A stretch of DNA of 64,000 bases from an uncultured Chloroflexia bacterium (lineage in GTDB: Bacteria > Chloroflexota > Dehalococcoidia > SM23-28-2), in NCBI GenBank assembly GCA_963701285.1, contig OY969584.1:2263709-2327708 (forward strand). The letters are read 5' to 3'. Positions 8,434 to 17,340 of the stretch are shown one piece after another (position 1 is the stretch's first letter; each line of letters begins with the position of its first letter). The notes below the pieces were generated by a model. The model made no database searches and was not told the DNA's origin. It saw only the letters and a list, made by a program, of their open reading frames with translations. A program made the translations under genes and the position numbers.

Positions 8434-9549
8434 TTACTGCAGCCCGCCGTGGGCGTGGCCTTGCCCGGACGGTCCATGGCCGTTCGAGTTGCCCTGCCCA
8501 TTGCCGTGCTCGCCGTTTCCGTGACCTCCGCCGTGATTGCCCTGCCCCTGCCCCTGCCCCGTTTCTCCGCTGCCTTCGGGCGTGGCGGTAGGTGTGGGCG
8601 TAGGCGTCTCGGTGGCTCCCGGTGTGGGCGTCTCGGTGGCTGTGGGCGTAGGCGTGGCCGTAGCAGTGGGTGTGGGCGCGCCGCACTCACCCCCGAGCAC
8701 ATGCCACCCGGGGTGCTTGTCGGGATGCCTAATGATGTCAGAAACCGAAGGTAGCATTACGCAGTGACCGTCGGGGTTGGTGGCGGCCACCTTGGTGAGG
8801 CCGGGCGGACCTGCGGGCGTGGGCGTGGGTGTGGGCGTCGCTGTAGGCGTGGGCGTCGGTGTGGGTGTGGTGGAAGGTTCGGGTGTGGCGGAACCTGTGG
8901 GCGTGGCGGAAGGTGTGGGCGTCGGTGTGGGCGTGGCGGAAGGTTCGGGTGTGGCAGAAGGCGTGGGTGTCACCGATGGGCACTGACCCCCAATGACGTG
9001 CCAGCCGGGGTGCTTTTCGGGATGCCTGACGATGTCCGAAACCGAAGGTAGCATCACACAGTGGCCATCAGGGTTGGTGGCCGCTACCTTGGTTACGGGC
9101 GAAGGTGACGCACTCCCACCGCCGGCCTGCTGGTTCGGGCCGTTGAGGTGTAGAGCACTCAAGACACCGCTGGCCAAGCCGCCGCCACCACCTGCGGCCC
9201 CTGCGATGCCGAAAGCGGCGCCACCCAAGAGCAGAGCAGCCGCGACGGCAGTACCCCAACGAAAGGCTGGATTCTTCCACATAAGATCCTCCTTGCTAGC
9301 GGTCGCCTTGGCATCGAGGGCGGCCCGAATAAGCTTCTCTCGACCCGCCGACAAAGCCTCGCCCGGCGGTGCGGGGGCACTGCCGCGCAGCGAAGCCGAT
9401 AGGGCAAGATAGGGACGTAGTTCGTTGGCCCTTTCCGGGTATCGCCGCAAGCAGGCCTCGACGTCGCCGCCGCTAGCCTCTAGCTCCTCGAGGCAGCGCG
9501 CCAGAAGATCATCCAGGGAGCCACCCATCGCCTTTCCTCTTCCTATCAC
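8434..9549 (-). CDS. anti-sigma factor (single-pass membrane) with duplicated Cys/His extracytoplasmic module, Pro/Thr linkers and a His/Gly-rich tail
   Basis: The N-terminal cytoplasmic region resembles anti-sigma domains. There is one TM helix (FRWGTAVAAALLLGGAAFGIAGAAG). A roughly 40-aa module VTKVAATNPDGHCVMLPSVSDI(I/V)RHP(E/D)KHPGWHV(I/L)GG(Q/E)C occurs twice, separated by (PT)n linkers. The C-terminus is GNHGGGHGNGEHGNGQGNSNGHG. The gene lies immediately downstream of the ECF sigma gene. Confidence 0.65.
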   Translation of the reverse strand: MIGRGKAMGGSLDDLLARCLEELEASGGDVEACLRRYPERANELRPYLALSASLRGSAPAPPGEALSAGREKLIRAALDAKATASKEDLMWKNPAFRWGTAVAAALLLGGAAFGIAGAAGGGGGLASGVLSALHLNGPNQQAGGGSASPSPVTKVAATNPDGHCVMLPSVSDIVRHPEKHPGWHVIGGQCPSVTPTPSATPEPSATPTPTPTPSATPTGSATPEPSTTPTPTPTPTATPTPTPTPAGPPGLTKVAATNPDGHCVMLPSVSDIIRHPDKHPGWHVLGGECGAPTPTATATPTPTATETPTPGATETPTPTPTATPEGSGETGQGQGQGNHGGGHGNGEHGNGQGNSNGHGPSGQGHAHGGLQ

Positions 9550-9573
9550 TTCTTTCGGGGAACGGGCCGCAAA

Positions 9574-10140
9574 CTACTCGACCCGCGCGAAATTCTTTGG
9601 CGCTTCTTCGGTGACCAAGTGCCCGCGCAGGGCCTTTAAGGCGCGAGCGTGGAGAGAATAGACTGCTCGCTCCTTCTTACCAAACAGCACGGCGATCTCT
9701 GGGACTGAGAATCCGGCGTAGTAGTAGAGGACCACCACCTCACGCTGTTTCCCAGTGAGCTTGTCCAGCGCGGCTCCGAGATCCAAGCGCTCCACGGCTG
9801 GCAGCGGCTCTGTGGCAGAGGCCGCCGCTCCCTCCAGCCGCACGGTTGGACGGGATTTCCGGAGCCAATCCGTCACCGCATGCCGAGCTACTCCATAGAG
9901 CCAGGCCAACAACGGCTTCCGCGAGGGGTTGTAAGAGGAGATCGTCTTTAGGGCCTTGAGGAAGACAGTGGACGTTATGTCCTCGGCAGCCTGCCGGTTC
10001 CTAATGCGCCCTAGGACATACAGATACACCTTCTGGGCATATTTGTCATAGATGCGAGCCCAGGCCTCAGGGGACGCCGCCTTGATCTCGCGGCAGAGGT
10101 CTCGCTCCTCCTCCCACGTACTCCCCGGAGATTGTTGCAT
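9574..10140 (-). CDS. RNA polymerase sigma-70 family ECF sigma factor
   Basis: 188-aa ORF with sigma region 2 (YLYVLGRIRNRQAAEDITSTVFLKA) and a region 4 HTH (REVVVLYYYAGFSVPEIAVLFGKKERAVYSLHARALKALR). Confidence 0.85.
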   Translation of the reverse strand: MQQSPGSTWEEERDLCREIKAASPEAWARIYDKYAQKVYLYVLGRIRNRQAAEDITSTVFLKALKTISSYNPSRKPLLAWLYGVARHAVTDWLRKSRPTVRLEGAAASATEPLPAVERLDLGAALDKLTGKQREVVVLYYYAGFSVPEIAVLFGKKERAVYSLHARALKALRGHLVTEEAPKNFARVE

Positions 10141-10414
10141 ATCAGCCCTTTACCATTAACGAGCAGCGATGCCGATGGCTTCGGCCCGAGGGCGCGGCGC
10201 GAGGCTATCATCGCGCGTCTACTGGACACCTGATGATTATGACAACTTTAGTGGCTCTTCTGTTACTCCTTCTTACGCGCCTTTTGCGCCAAACCGTCGC
10301 AGCAGATCGCGACGCACTCTAAGTGGATAGGGCGTCCGCTCTCTAGTCGCCGCGTGACGTCGCCTGCTAGCCCCGGTTTGCTGCCCGCCCGCACGCGATG
10401 CTACGATCCTGTCG

Positions 10415-11614
10415 ATGACTGCCACACCGTCGACCCTCGCCCTTTACGTCCACATCCCCTTCTGCCAGGCCAAGTGCCGCTACTGCGACTTCAACTCCTA
10501 CGCCGGGCTCGAGAGCCTGATGGTGCCCTACGTCGATGCTCTCATCGCCGAGATGGCCTTCTGGCGCGAGACCACCCGCGACACCAGCCTGACCACTGTG
10601 TTCTTCGGCGGCGGCACGCCCAGCTTCCTGCCGCTGGCCCAGACCAAGCGCATCCTGACCGCTATCCGTGGCTCCTTCCACCTGGCGCCCGCCGTCGAGA
10701 TCACGATCGAGGCCAACCCCGGCTCCGCCGACAGCGCTCGCCTGGCCGGCCTGCGCCATCTGGGCTTCAACCGCCTGAGCCTGGGCGTCCAGTCCTTCCA
10801 GGACGATGAGCTACGCCTGCTGGGCCGCATCCACTCGGCGCCAGGAGCGCGCGACGCCTACCAGGCTGCCCGGCAGGCGGGCTTCCGGAACGTGAACCTG
10901 GACCTGATCTACGGGCTGCCGGGCCAGCCGCTGGTGGCCTGGCGGCGCACCCTGACAGAAGCCATCGCCCTCCGGCCGGAGCACCTCTCGCTCTACGCCC
11001 TCACCCTGGAGGACGGGACGCCCCTCGCCGCCGACGTGGCCCGCGGTCACCTGCCTGCGCCGGACCCCGACCTGGCCGCCGACATGTACCTCTGGGCCGG
11101 CGAGGCGCTGGCCGCCGCCGGCTATCGCCAATACGAAATCTCCAACTGGGCCCTGCCCGGCCGTCGCTGCCGCCACAACCTGGTCTACTGGCGCAACGAG
11201 CCCTACCTGGGCTTGGGGGCCGGCGCCCACTCCTGTCTGGGCGGCTTCCGCTTCAGCAGCGTGCGTGACCCGCGCGACTACATCCGCCGGGTGGCAGCCG
11301 CGGGCGACGGTCCGCCTGCGGGCGGCGTCGGCTCGCTCCTGGCCCGCCTCGGCCATCTGGAGGCCGCCGTCGATGTGACGCCCGCCCGCGCCATGGCCGA
11401 GAGCGCCATCCTGGGCCTGCGCCTAACGGAGGGGGTGAGCCTGGCAGCGTTCCGCCGCCGCTTCGGCGTCGAGCTGCTCTCGCTCTACGGGCCGGCGGTG
11501 GCAGACCTAAGCGCCCTGGGCCTGCTGGAGCGAGCGAACGGCCGCCTCCGCCTCACGGCCAGGGGGCGCCTGCTGGGCAACGAGGCGTTCGAGCGGTTCC
11601 TGCCGGACGCGTAG
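10415..11614 (+). CDS. hemW: radical SAM heme chaperone HemW (coproporphyrinogen III oxidase-like)
   Basis: YVHIPFCQAKCRYCDFNSY CxxxCxxC radical-SAM motif plus a HemN C-terminal domain. Its length (399 aa) fits HemW rather than HemN. Confidence 0.85.
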   Translation: MTATPSTLALYVHIPFCQAKCRYCDFNSYAGLESLMVPYVDALIAEMAFWRETTRDTSLTTVFFGGGTPSFLPLAQTKRILTAIRGSFHLAPAVEITIEANPGSADSARLAGLRHLGFNRLSLGVQSFQDDELRLLGRIHSAPGARDAYQAARQAGFRNVNLDLIYGLPGQPLVAWRRTLTEAIALRPEHLSLYALTLEDGTPLAADVARGHLPAPDPDLAADMYLWAGEALAAAGYRQYEISNWALPGRRCRHNLVYWRNEPYLGLGAGAHSCLGGFRFSSVRDPRDYIRRVAAAGDGPPAGGVGSLLARLGHLEAAVDVTPARAMAESAILGLRLTEGVSLAAFRRRFGVELLSLYGPAVADLSALGLLERANGRLRLTARGRLLGNEAFERFLPDA

Positions 11615-11810
11615 CCGCCTACACCAGCTCGATCGCACGTTTGGGTCTCGTCCCCTCAGATCGCTCGCCCGCTTGCCTTCGTATATCGACAGAAAGAGCC
11701 ACTCGCGACACCACGCGATCCGACGGCTGGATGGGAGGCACAGATCGAGGCGCTCCAGCGAGCAACGGCCGCAAGGCAGGGGTAGACCGTGGTTATCAAC
11801 ATGAAGGAGG

Positions 11811-12185
11811 GTGACGATGCCCAACTCATTCGTGCACATTGAGCTGCAAACCAATGATCTGGATAAGGCGAAGAACTTCTATCAGCGCCTCTTCGAGTGG
11901 AAGCTCGAAGACATGCCCATGGGCGACGGCGCGTCCTACACCGTGATCAACGTTGGAGAGGGCACGGGCGGAGGCATGTTCACCAATCCCGTCCCTGGCG
12001 CTCCCTCCCACTGGCTCGCCTACGTCGACGTCCCCGACGTCGACGTGGCGACGGAGAAGGCCAAGTCGCTCGGCGCCACCATCGTCCAGCCCAAGACCGA
12101 GGTCCCCGGTATGGGCTGGTTCAGCGTTATCATCGACCCCACCGGCGCTGCCCTCGCCCTCTGGCAGACCAAAGCCGGCCAGTAA
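11811..12185 (+). CDS. VOC family (glyoxalase/bleomycin-resistance fold) protein
   Basis: 124-aa ORF with the pattern FVHIELQTNDLDKAKNFYQRLFEWK ... GMGWFSVIIDPTGAALALWQ typical of PhnB/VOC proteins. Confidence 0.7.
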   Translation: MTMPNSFVHIELQTNDLDKAKNFYQRLFEWKLEDMPMGDGASYTVINVGEGTGGGMFTNPVPGAPSHWLAYVDVPDVDVATEKAKSLGATIVQPKTEVPGMGWFSVIIDPTGAALALWQTKAGQ

Positions 12186-12204
12186 TGGTAGCAAGGGGAA
12201 GAAG

Positions 12205-12705
12205 ATGACTCAACAGACTGGCGGAACCTTGACGGTGACGACGCCTTCGGAGCGGGAGATCGTTTGGACCAGGAGCTTTGATGCGCCGCGCGGCCTGGTC
12301 TTCGAGGCGTACAGCAAGCCGGAATACCTCAAGCGCTGGATGGGCCCGAGGGGTCTCGAGATGACTGCCTGTGAGATGGACTTCCGTCCTGGCGGCACCT
12401 ATCGCTTCGTCCATCGCGCACCGAACGGCCAGGAGTTCGCGTTCAGGGGCCAGTACCGCGAGATCGTCCCGCCCGATCGCATCGTCCGAACCTTCGAGTT
12501 CGAGGGCATGCCCGGTCACGTGTCGGTCGAGACACTCGTCTTGACCGAGCGGGACGGCAAGACCACGATCACGGGCACCTCCGCCTTCGACTCAGTTGAA
12601 GAGCGCGACGGTGTGTTGCGGTCAGGCATGGAGGAGGGCGCGGGCGAGAGCTTCGACCGTCTCGCCGAGCACCTCGCGGCGGTCATGAGCAAGTCCGGCC
12701 GGTAG
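12205..12705 (+). CDS. SRPBCC family protein (AHSA1/START-like)
   Basis: ATG at 12205 (MTQQTGGTLTVTT...) has a GGGGAAGAAG RBS and gives a 166-aa protein with the SRPBCC pattern FDAPRGLVFEAYSKPEYLKRWMGP. The longer 250-aa track ORF is an upstream read-through. Confidence 0.7.
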   Translation: MTQQTGGTLTVTTPSEREIVWTRSFDAPRGLVFEAYSKPEYLKRWMGPRGLEMTACEMDFRPGGTYRFVHRAPNGQEFAFRGQYREIVPPDRIVRTFEFEGMPGHVSVETLVLTERDGKTTITGTSAFDSVEERDGVLRSGMEEGAGESFDRLAEHLAAVMSKSGR

Positions 12706-12782
12706 GCCAGACCTCACATAGCCTTCAGCGCGAGGTTGGGCCGAATCTCCTCGACGGCGATACCGTCGGGGAGGTTCGGCAT

Positions 12783-13235
12783 CTATCCGAAGAGCGGATG
12801 CGTCAGCGTCAGCCCCACCTGCGAGCCGAAGTTCTGGAAGAAGGCGAAGGCCATCAGCGCTGCCCCCGCCAGGGCCATGTTCTTCATGAAATGCGCCTGC
12901 TGGTTCGCCGCCATCATGGCGTCCTTCAACCCCCAGAACCGGTGCATGGTGAACGCCGCGGGCACCAGGAAGATGACGAGCAACAATGCCGCCAGGTCCG
13001 CCCAGATCCCGAGGACGAACATTATTCCGCCTATGCCGATGAGAAGCCCGGTGGCCGGCACCGCGATCTCCGGTAGCGGGAGGCCCATCTGCCGGGAGTA
13101 GGCCACCATCCCCTTGTACTGGCGGAAGTGGCCGACACCACTCATCACGAAGATGGCCGAGAACAGGATCCGCCCGGCCAGAATCACCCCATCCATGAAC
13201 AACCCACCTCCTTGGTTATCGTTAGTCGCTACCAT
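12783..13235 (-). CDS. DoxX family membrane protein
   Basis: 4-TM small protein (ILAGRILFSAIFVMSGVGHF ... GIGGIMFVLGIWADLAALLLVIFLVPAAFTMH) divergent from an HxlR regulator, which is the classic pairing. Confidence 0.75.
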   Translation of the reverse strand: MVATNDNQGGGLFMDGVILAGRILFSAIFVMSGVGHFRQYKGMVAYSRQMGLPLPEIAVPATGLLIGIGGIMFVLGIWADLAALLLVIFLVPAAFTMHRFWGLKDAMMAANQQAHFMKNMALAGAALMAFAFFQNFGSQVGLTLTHPLFG

Positions 13236-13297
13236 TATGATAGTCTACTAGGCTTACCCTTGTCAAGTCCCTTACCTTGTGTTAGGATGACCTTGAG

Positions 13298-13675
13298 ATG
13301 AAACCGCGATACGACATCGATCTGGAGCACGCCTGCCCCAAGTACGAGCGAGCTGTCGATATCCTTGGCAAGCGCTGGACGCCGGTCATAGTTCGCGCTC
13401 TGCTCGGCGGCTCGCAGCGGTTCAGCGAGCTCAGCGCCTACGCGGCCCCCATCAGCGACCGCCTGCTCTCCGAACGGCTCAAGGAGCTCGAACGGGAAGG
13501 CATCGTCGAGAGACAGGTCTTTCCGGAAACCCCGGTCCGTATCGCCTACGTCATCACCGCCAAGGGGCGCGAGCTGGAGAATGTCGTCGAGGCTATTCAG
13601 CGCTGGGCGGACAAGTGGGAAGCGCTGGTCGAAGAAACGCCCGCGGTCGCGTCACAGGCTAAGCTTAGCGACTAA
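13298..13675 (+). CDS. HxlR family (MarR-like, DUF24) transcriptional regulator
   Basis: CPKYERAVDILGKRWTPVIVRALLGGSQRFSEL is the HxlR winged-HTH signature. It is divergent from the doxX-like gene. Confidence 0.85.
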   Translation: MKPRYDIDLEHACPKYERAVDILGKRWTPVIVRALLGGSQRFSELSAYAAPISDRLLSERLKELEREGIVERQVFPETPVRIAYVITAKGRELENVVEAIQRWADKWEALVEETPAVASQAKLSD

Positions 13676-13717
13676 CGCACTGGCCCGTCGGCATCCGGGT
13701 GGGGTCGTCCGCTGCCT

Positions 13718-14764
13718 CTACGAAGCGCTACCCAAGCGGTGCATACCCCGGATGGCCGCCAGCAGCGGCTCTACGTCCGGGTGATCACCCGATGCGGGCA
13801 CCAGCCCGTGCGGATCAGGGGCAAAGGGGTTCCCCAGGAGCACGTCCAGGCAGGCGCGCACCGACCAGGCCAGCGCCGTCAGGTCGTAGCCACCCTCCAG
13901 GGCGAACAGCAGTCGGCCGCCGCAGAGCTCCTCCGCCGCCTGGCGCAGCATGACGACCAGCTCGCGATACCCGGCGCAGCTCAGCGACATCCAGGCCAGC
14001 GGGTCGGCGAAGTGCGCGTCGAAGCCGGCGGACACCAGGACTAGCTGCGGCCGATATCGGCGGAGGGCGGGCAGCAGCACCACCTGGAAGGCGCGCCGGT
14101 ACTCCTGGTCACCGCTGTTCATGGGCAAGGGCACGTTCACCGTGAAACCCATGCCGGGGCCCGTGCCGGCTTCCCGCCAGGTGCCGGTGCCGGGATAGAG
14201 CGGGAACTCGTGGGTGGACAGGTAAAGGACCGCCGGGTCGGCGTAGAAGGCCTCCTGGCTGCCGTTGCCGTGATGCACGTCGAAGTCGACGATGGCCACC
14301 CGCTCCAGGCCTCGCCGCGCGACGGCATGACGGGCGGCGATGGCCACGTTGTTGAACAGGCAAAACCCCATGGCGTGGCCGGGCGTGGCGTGGTGGCCGG
14401 GCGGCCGCACCAGGCAGAAACCCGCATCCACATCGCCGCCCAGCACCGCATCCGTGGCCCGCAGGCAGCCGCCGGCCGCCCGCAGTGCCGCCTCGTAGGA
14501 TCGAGACGAGACGGCCGTGTCCATGTCCAGGGCTCGCTCGCCGGCCGCTATTCGCTCCCGCACCCAGCGGATCATCTCCGGCCGATGCACCAGCTCCAGG
14601 TCGGCCTCGGTCGCGTCGTCAGCGGGAATGGGCACCAGAGCAGAGCGCAGGCCGCACTCGTCCAGGAGCGCCAGTATCGCCCGCAGGCGCACGGCGCTCT
14701 CCGGGTGGCCGTCGGTATCGTGCTCCAGGTACAGAGGGTCGTACACCAGGCCCACGCGCGCCAT
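13718..14764 (-). CDS. histone deacetylase family protein (AcuC/acetoin utilisation-type deacetylase)
   Basis: 348-aa ORF with HDAC zinc-site motifs ([19 protein letters not shown]-like EGGYDL). Confidence 0.85.
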   Translation of the reverse strand: MARVGLVYDPLYLEHDTDGHPESAVRLRAILALLDECGLRSALVPIPADDATEADLELVHRPEMIRWVRERIAAGERALDMDTAVSSRSYEAALRAAGGCLRATDAVLGGDVDAGFCLVRPPGHHATPGHAMGFCLFNNVAIAARHAVARRGLERVAIVDFDVHHGNGSQEAFYADPAVLYLSTHEFPLYPGTGTWREAGTGPGMGFTVNVPLPMNSGDQEYRRAFQVVLLPALRRYRPQLVLVSAGFDAHFADPLAWMSLSCAGYRELVVMLRQAAEELCGGRLLFALEGGYDLTALAWSVRACLDVLLGNPFAPDPHGLVPASGDHPDVEPLLAAIRGMHRLGSAS

Positions 14765-14862
14765 CGCGCTCTCCTCCCGGCATCATCCTAGGCCAAGCGC
14801 GGGCCTCAAACAACGGCCGAGGCGGTCCAGCCCCTGCGGCATGAATCCCGCGGACCCTTGTC

Positions 14863-14935
14863 CGCTCGTGGTGAGCTCGTCGAACCACGAGCGCCGCCAT
14901 CCTTCGACAGGCTCAGGATGAGCGGAATCGGTGAT
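14863..14935. repeat. composite inverted-repeat intergenic element, copy 2
   Basis: gctcgtggtgagctcgtcgaaccacgagc ... ccttcgacaggctcaggatgagcgg. Confidence 0.8.
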
Positions 14936-15032
14936 GCCCTGAAGCCGCGGGTCCTTCCCCCAAAGGCCGACCCGCCTTCGGCGGGAACCCGCAGAACTGC
15001 TCCCGCCCACCTAGAGACAAATCGCCCTCGGT

Positions 15033-16932
15033 GTGCTAACATCTTTCGCCGAACAGATGTACGTCATCGGCACCGCCGGCCACGTCGACCACGGCAAGTC
15101 GACCCTGGTGAAGGCCCTCACCGGCATCGACCCCGACCGCCTCCAGGAGGAGAAGGAGCGGGAGATGACCATCGACCTCGGCTTCGCCTGGCTGCGCCTG
15201 CCCAGCGGCCAGGAGGTCAGCATCGTCGACGTGCCCGGCCACGAGCGCTTCATCAAGAACATGCTGGCCGGCGTGGGCGGCATCGACCTGGCCCTGCTGG
15301 TCATCGCCGCCGACGAGGGCGTGATGCCCCAGACCCGCGAGCACCTGGCCATCCTCGACCTCCTGGACGTGCGACATGGCATCGTCGTCGTCTCCAAGAA
15401 GGACCTGGTGCCGGACCCGGAGCTGCCTGGCGGTGGTGGAGGCCGAAATCACCGAAGCGATGGCCGGCACCGCGCTGAAAGAAGCACCCGTCCTCGCTTG
15501 CTCGGCGGTCAGCGGCGAGGGTCTCCCCGAGCTGCTCGCCGCCATTGAGACGGAGCTGACCCGCACGCCGGCCAAGCGCGACCTGGGCCGTCCTCGCCTG
15601 CCCATCGACCGCGTCTTCACGGTGGCCGGCTTCGGCACCGTGGTCACCGGCACCCTCATCGACGGCTCACTCCGCCCCGGCCACGAGGTGGAGGTGGTGC
15701 CAGGCGGGCTGCGGGCGCGCATCCGCGGCCTCCAGACCCACCAGCGCAAGGTGGAGGACGCCTCGCCCGGCCGCCGCCTGGCCGTCAACCTGAGCGGCCT
15801 CTCTCCCGCCGACCTGCGCCGTGGCATGGTCGTCACCACCCCCGGCTGGCTTCGGCCGACGACCGCGGTCGACGTCCGCCTGCGGGCGGTGCGATACGCA
15901 CCGCGCGCCATCCGTCACAACGTTCAGGTCACCTTCCACACCGGCGCCAGCGAGGTGCCCGGCCGCCTCCTCCTGCTGGACTGCGACGAGCTGGCCCCCG
16001 GCCAGCAGGCCTGGGCCCAGCTCCGGCTGGAGGAGCCCGTGGCCGTCGTTCCCGGCGAAGCCTTCGTCGTCCGCTCGCCCAACGATACCCTCGGCGGCGG
16101 CAGCGTGGTGGACGCCCACCCGCGCCGCCACCGCCGCTTCCACGGCCCGACCCTGGAGACGCTGGAGAAGCTGGCCCGCGGCTCGCCCGAGGAGGCGCTG
16201 CTGGTGGCGCTGGCCCGCCTGGAGCCGTGCGAGGCGGGCCAGCTCGCCCGCCACAGCGAGTTCGCCGCCGACGAGGCCATGGCCGCCGCCGCCGCGCTGG
16301 TGGCCAGCGGCCGCGCCGTGGCCCTGACCGCGGGCGAGCTGGCGCCATCGACCCTGCTCATCACCGCCGATGGCTTCGCTCGCCTCACCGCCCGCGCCCG
16401 GGAGGTCCTGTCGTCCTTCCACCGCCAGCACCCTCTGCGGCGGGGCGTCGCCCGCGAGGAGCTGCGCAATCGTTTGGGCTTGGAGGCCCGCCCCTTCGAC
16501 GCGTTCGTGGCGACCTCGGCCGGTCGCGGCGAGATTCGCGAGTCGGCGGGCAGTGTGGCGCTGGCCGACCACCAGCCGCGCCTTTCGCCCGCCCACCAGG
16601 CCGCCGCCGACGCCTTCCTGGCCGCCCTCAGGGCTGATCCCTACTCCCCACCCACCGACCGCCTGCCGGAACCCGAGCTCCTCGCCTTCCTCGAGGAGCA
16701 AGGACGGATCGTGCGTGTGGAAGGGGGTATCGCCTTCGCCCGCGAGGCGTATGATGAGATGACGACCCGCATTGTGGAGCACCTGCGCGCCCACGGCACC
16801 ATCACCCTGGCCCAGGTGCGCGACATGTTCTCGACCAGCCGCAAGTACGCCCAGGCCCTGCTGGAGCACCTGGACGACCAGCGCATCACCCGCCGCGTGG
16901 GCGACGAGCGGGTGCTGCGGAAGGGAGGCTGA
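15033..16932 (+). CDS. selB: selenocysteine-specific elongation factor SelB, reading frame interrupted by a 1-nt indel near 15424-15428
   Basis: The N-terminal GTPase domain ([27 protein letters not shown]) lies in the ORF 15033-15548. The remaining domains II/III and winged-helix domains lie in the ORF 15376-16932 in the +1 frame. Removing one C from gagctgcCtggcggtg restores ...[15 protein letters not shown]. No selA, selD or tRNA-Sec is in the window. Confidence 0.8.
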
Positions 16933-16954
16933 CAACGGGTAGGAGGCAAATGAA

Positions 16955-17305
16955 ATGGCGGAGACGAACCTAGCAGCCGTTTGTGGAATCTACTGCGGCG
17001 CGTGCAAATGCCTAGACGAGATGTGCAAGGGATGCAGTGCAGAGAAAGGAAGAGTGTTCTGGACAAAATCGGAAGAAACCCCTTGGGATACGTGCCCAAT
17101 ATGGGAGTGCTGTGTGGAACAGAAACGACTTCAACACTGCGGTCTCTGTTCCGATTTTCCCTGTAGCACATACCTTGAGTTGAAGGACCCCAACGACCCC
17201 GAAGCCGATTTGCACAAGCGGCAGAGTATTGAGAGTCTCAAGCATCGCACCGATGTCGGAACAAGGAGATGGCTTGAGGAACAAGAGGAGCTATCCGGCA
17301 AATAG
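16955..17305 (+). CDS. Cys-rich DUF3795-like protein
   Basis: 116-aa ORF with about 50% GC, clearly lower than its neighbours. Cysteine pattern CGIYCGACKC...CKGC...C..WECC...CGLCSDFPC. Confidence 0.55.
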   Translation: MAETNLAAVCGIYCGACKCLDEMCKGCSAEKGRVFWTKSEETPWDTCPIWECCVEQKRLQHCGLCSDFPCSTYLELKDPNDPEADLHKRQSIESLKHRTDVGTRRWLEEQEELSGK

Positions 17306-17340
17306 GGACATGCTCGACTTGGATAGGCGGTGAACAGGGG

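Noticed and set aside
8530-9060. Regularly spaced short repeats (GTGGGCGT / GGTGTGGGCG) that could be mistaken for a CRISPR-like array.
   Set aside because: They lie inside the anti-sigma ORF and encode (Pro-Thr)n linkers in frame. The spacing is irregular, and no cas genes or repeat-spacer architecture are present.
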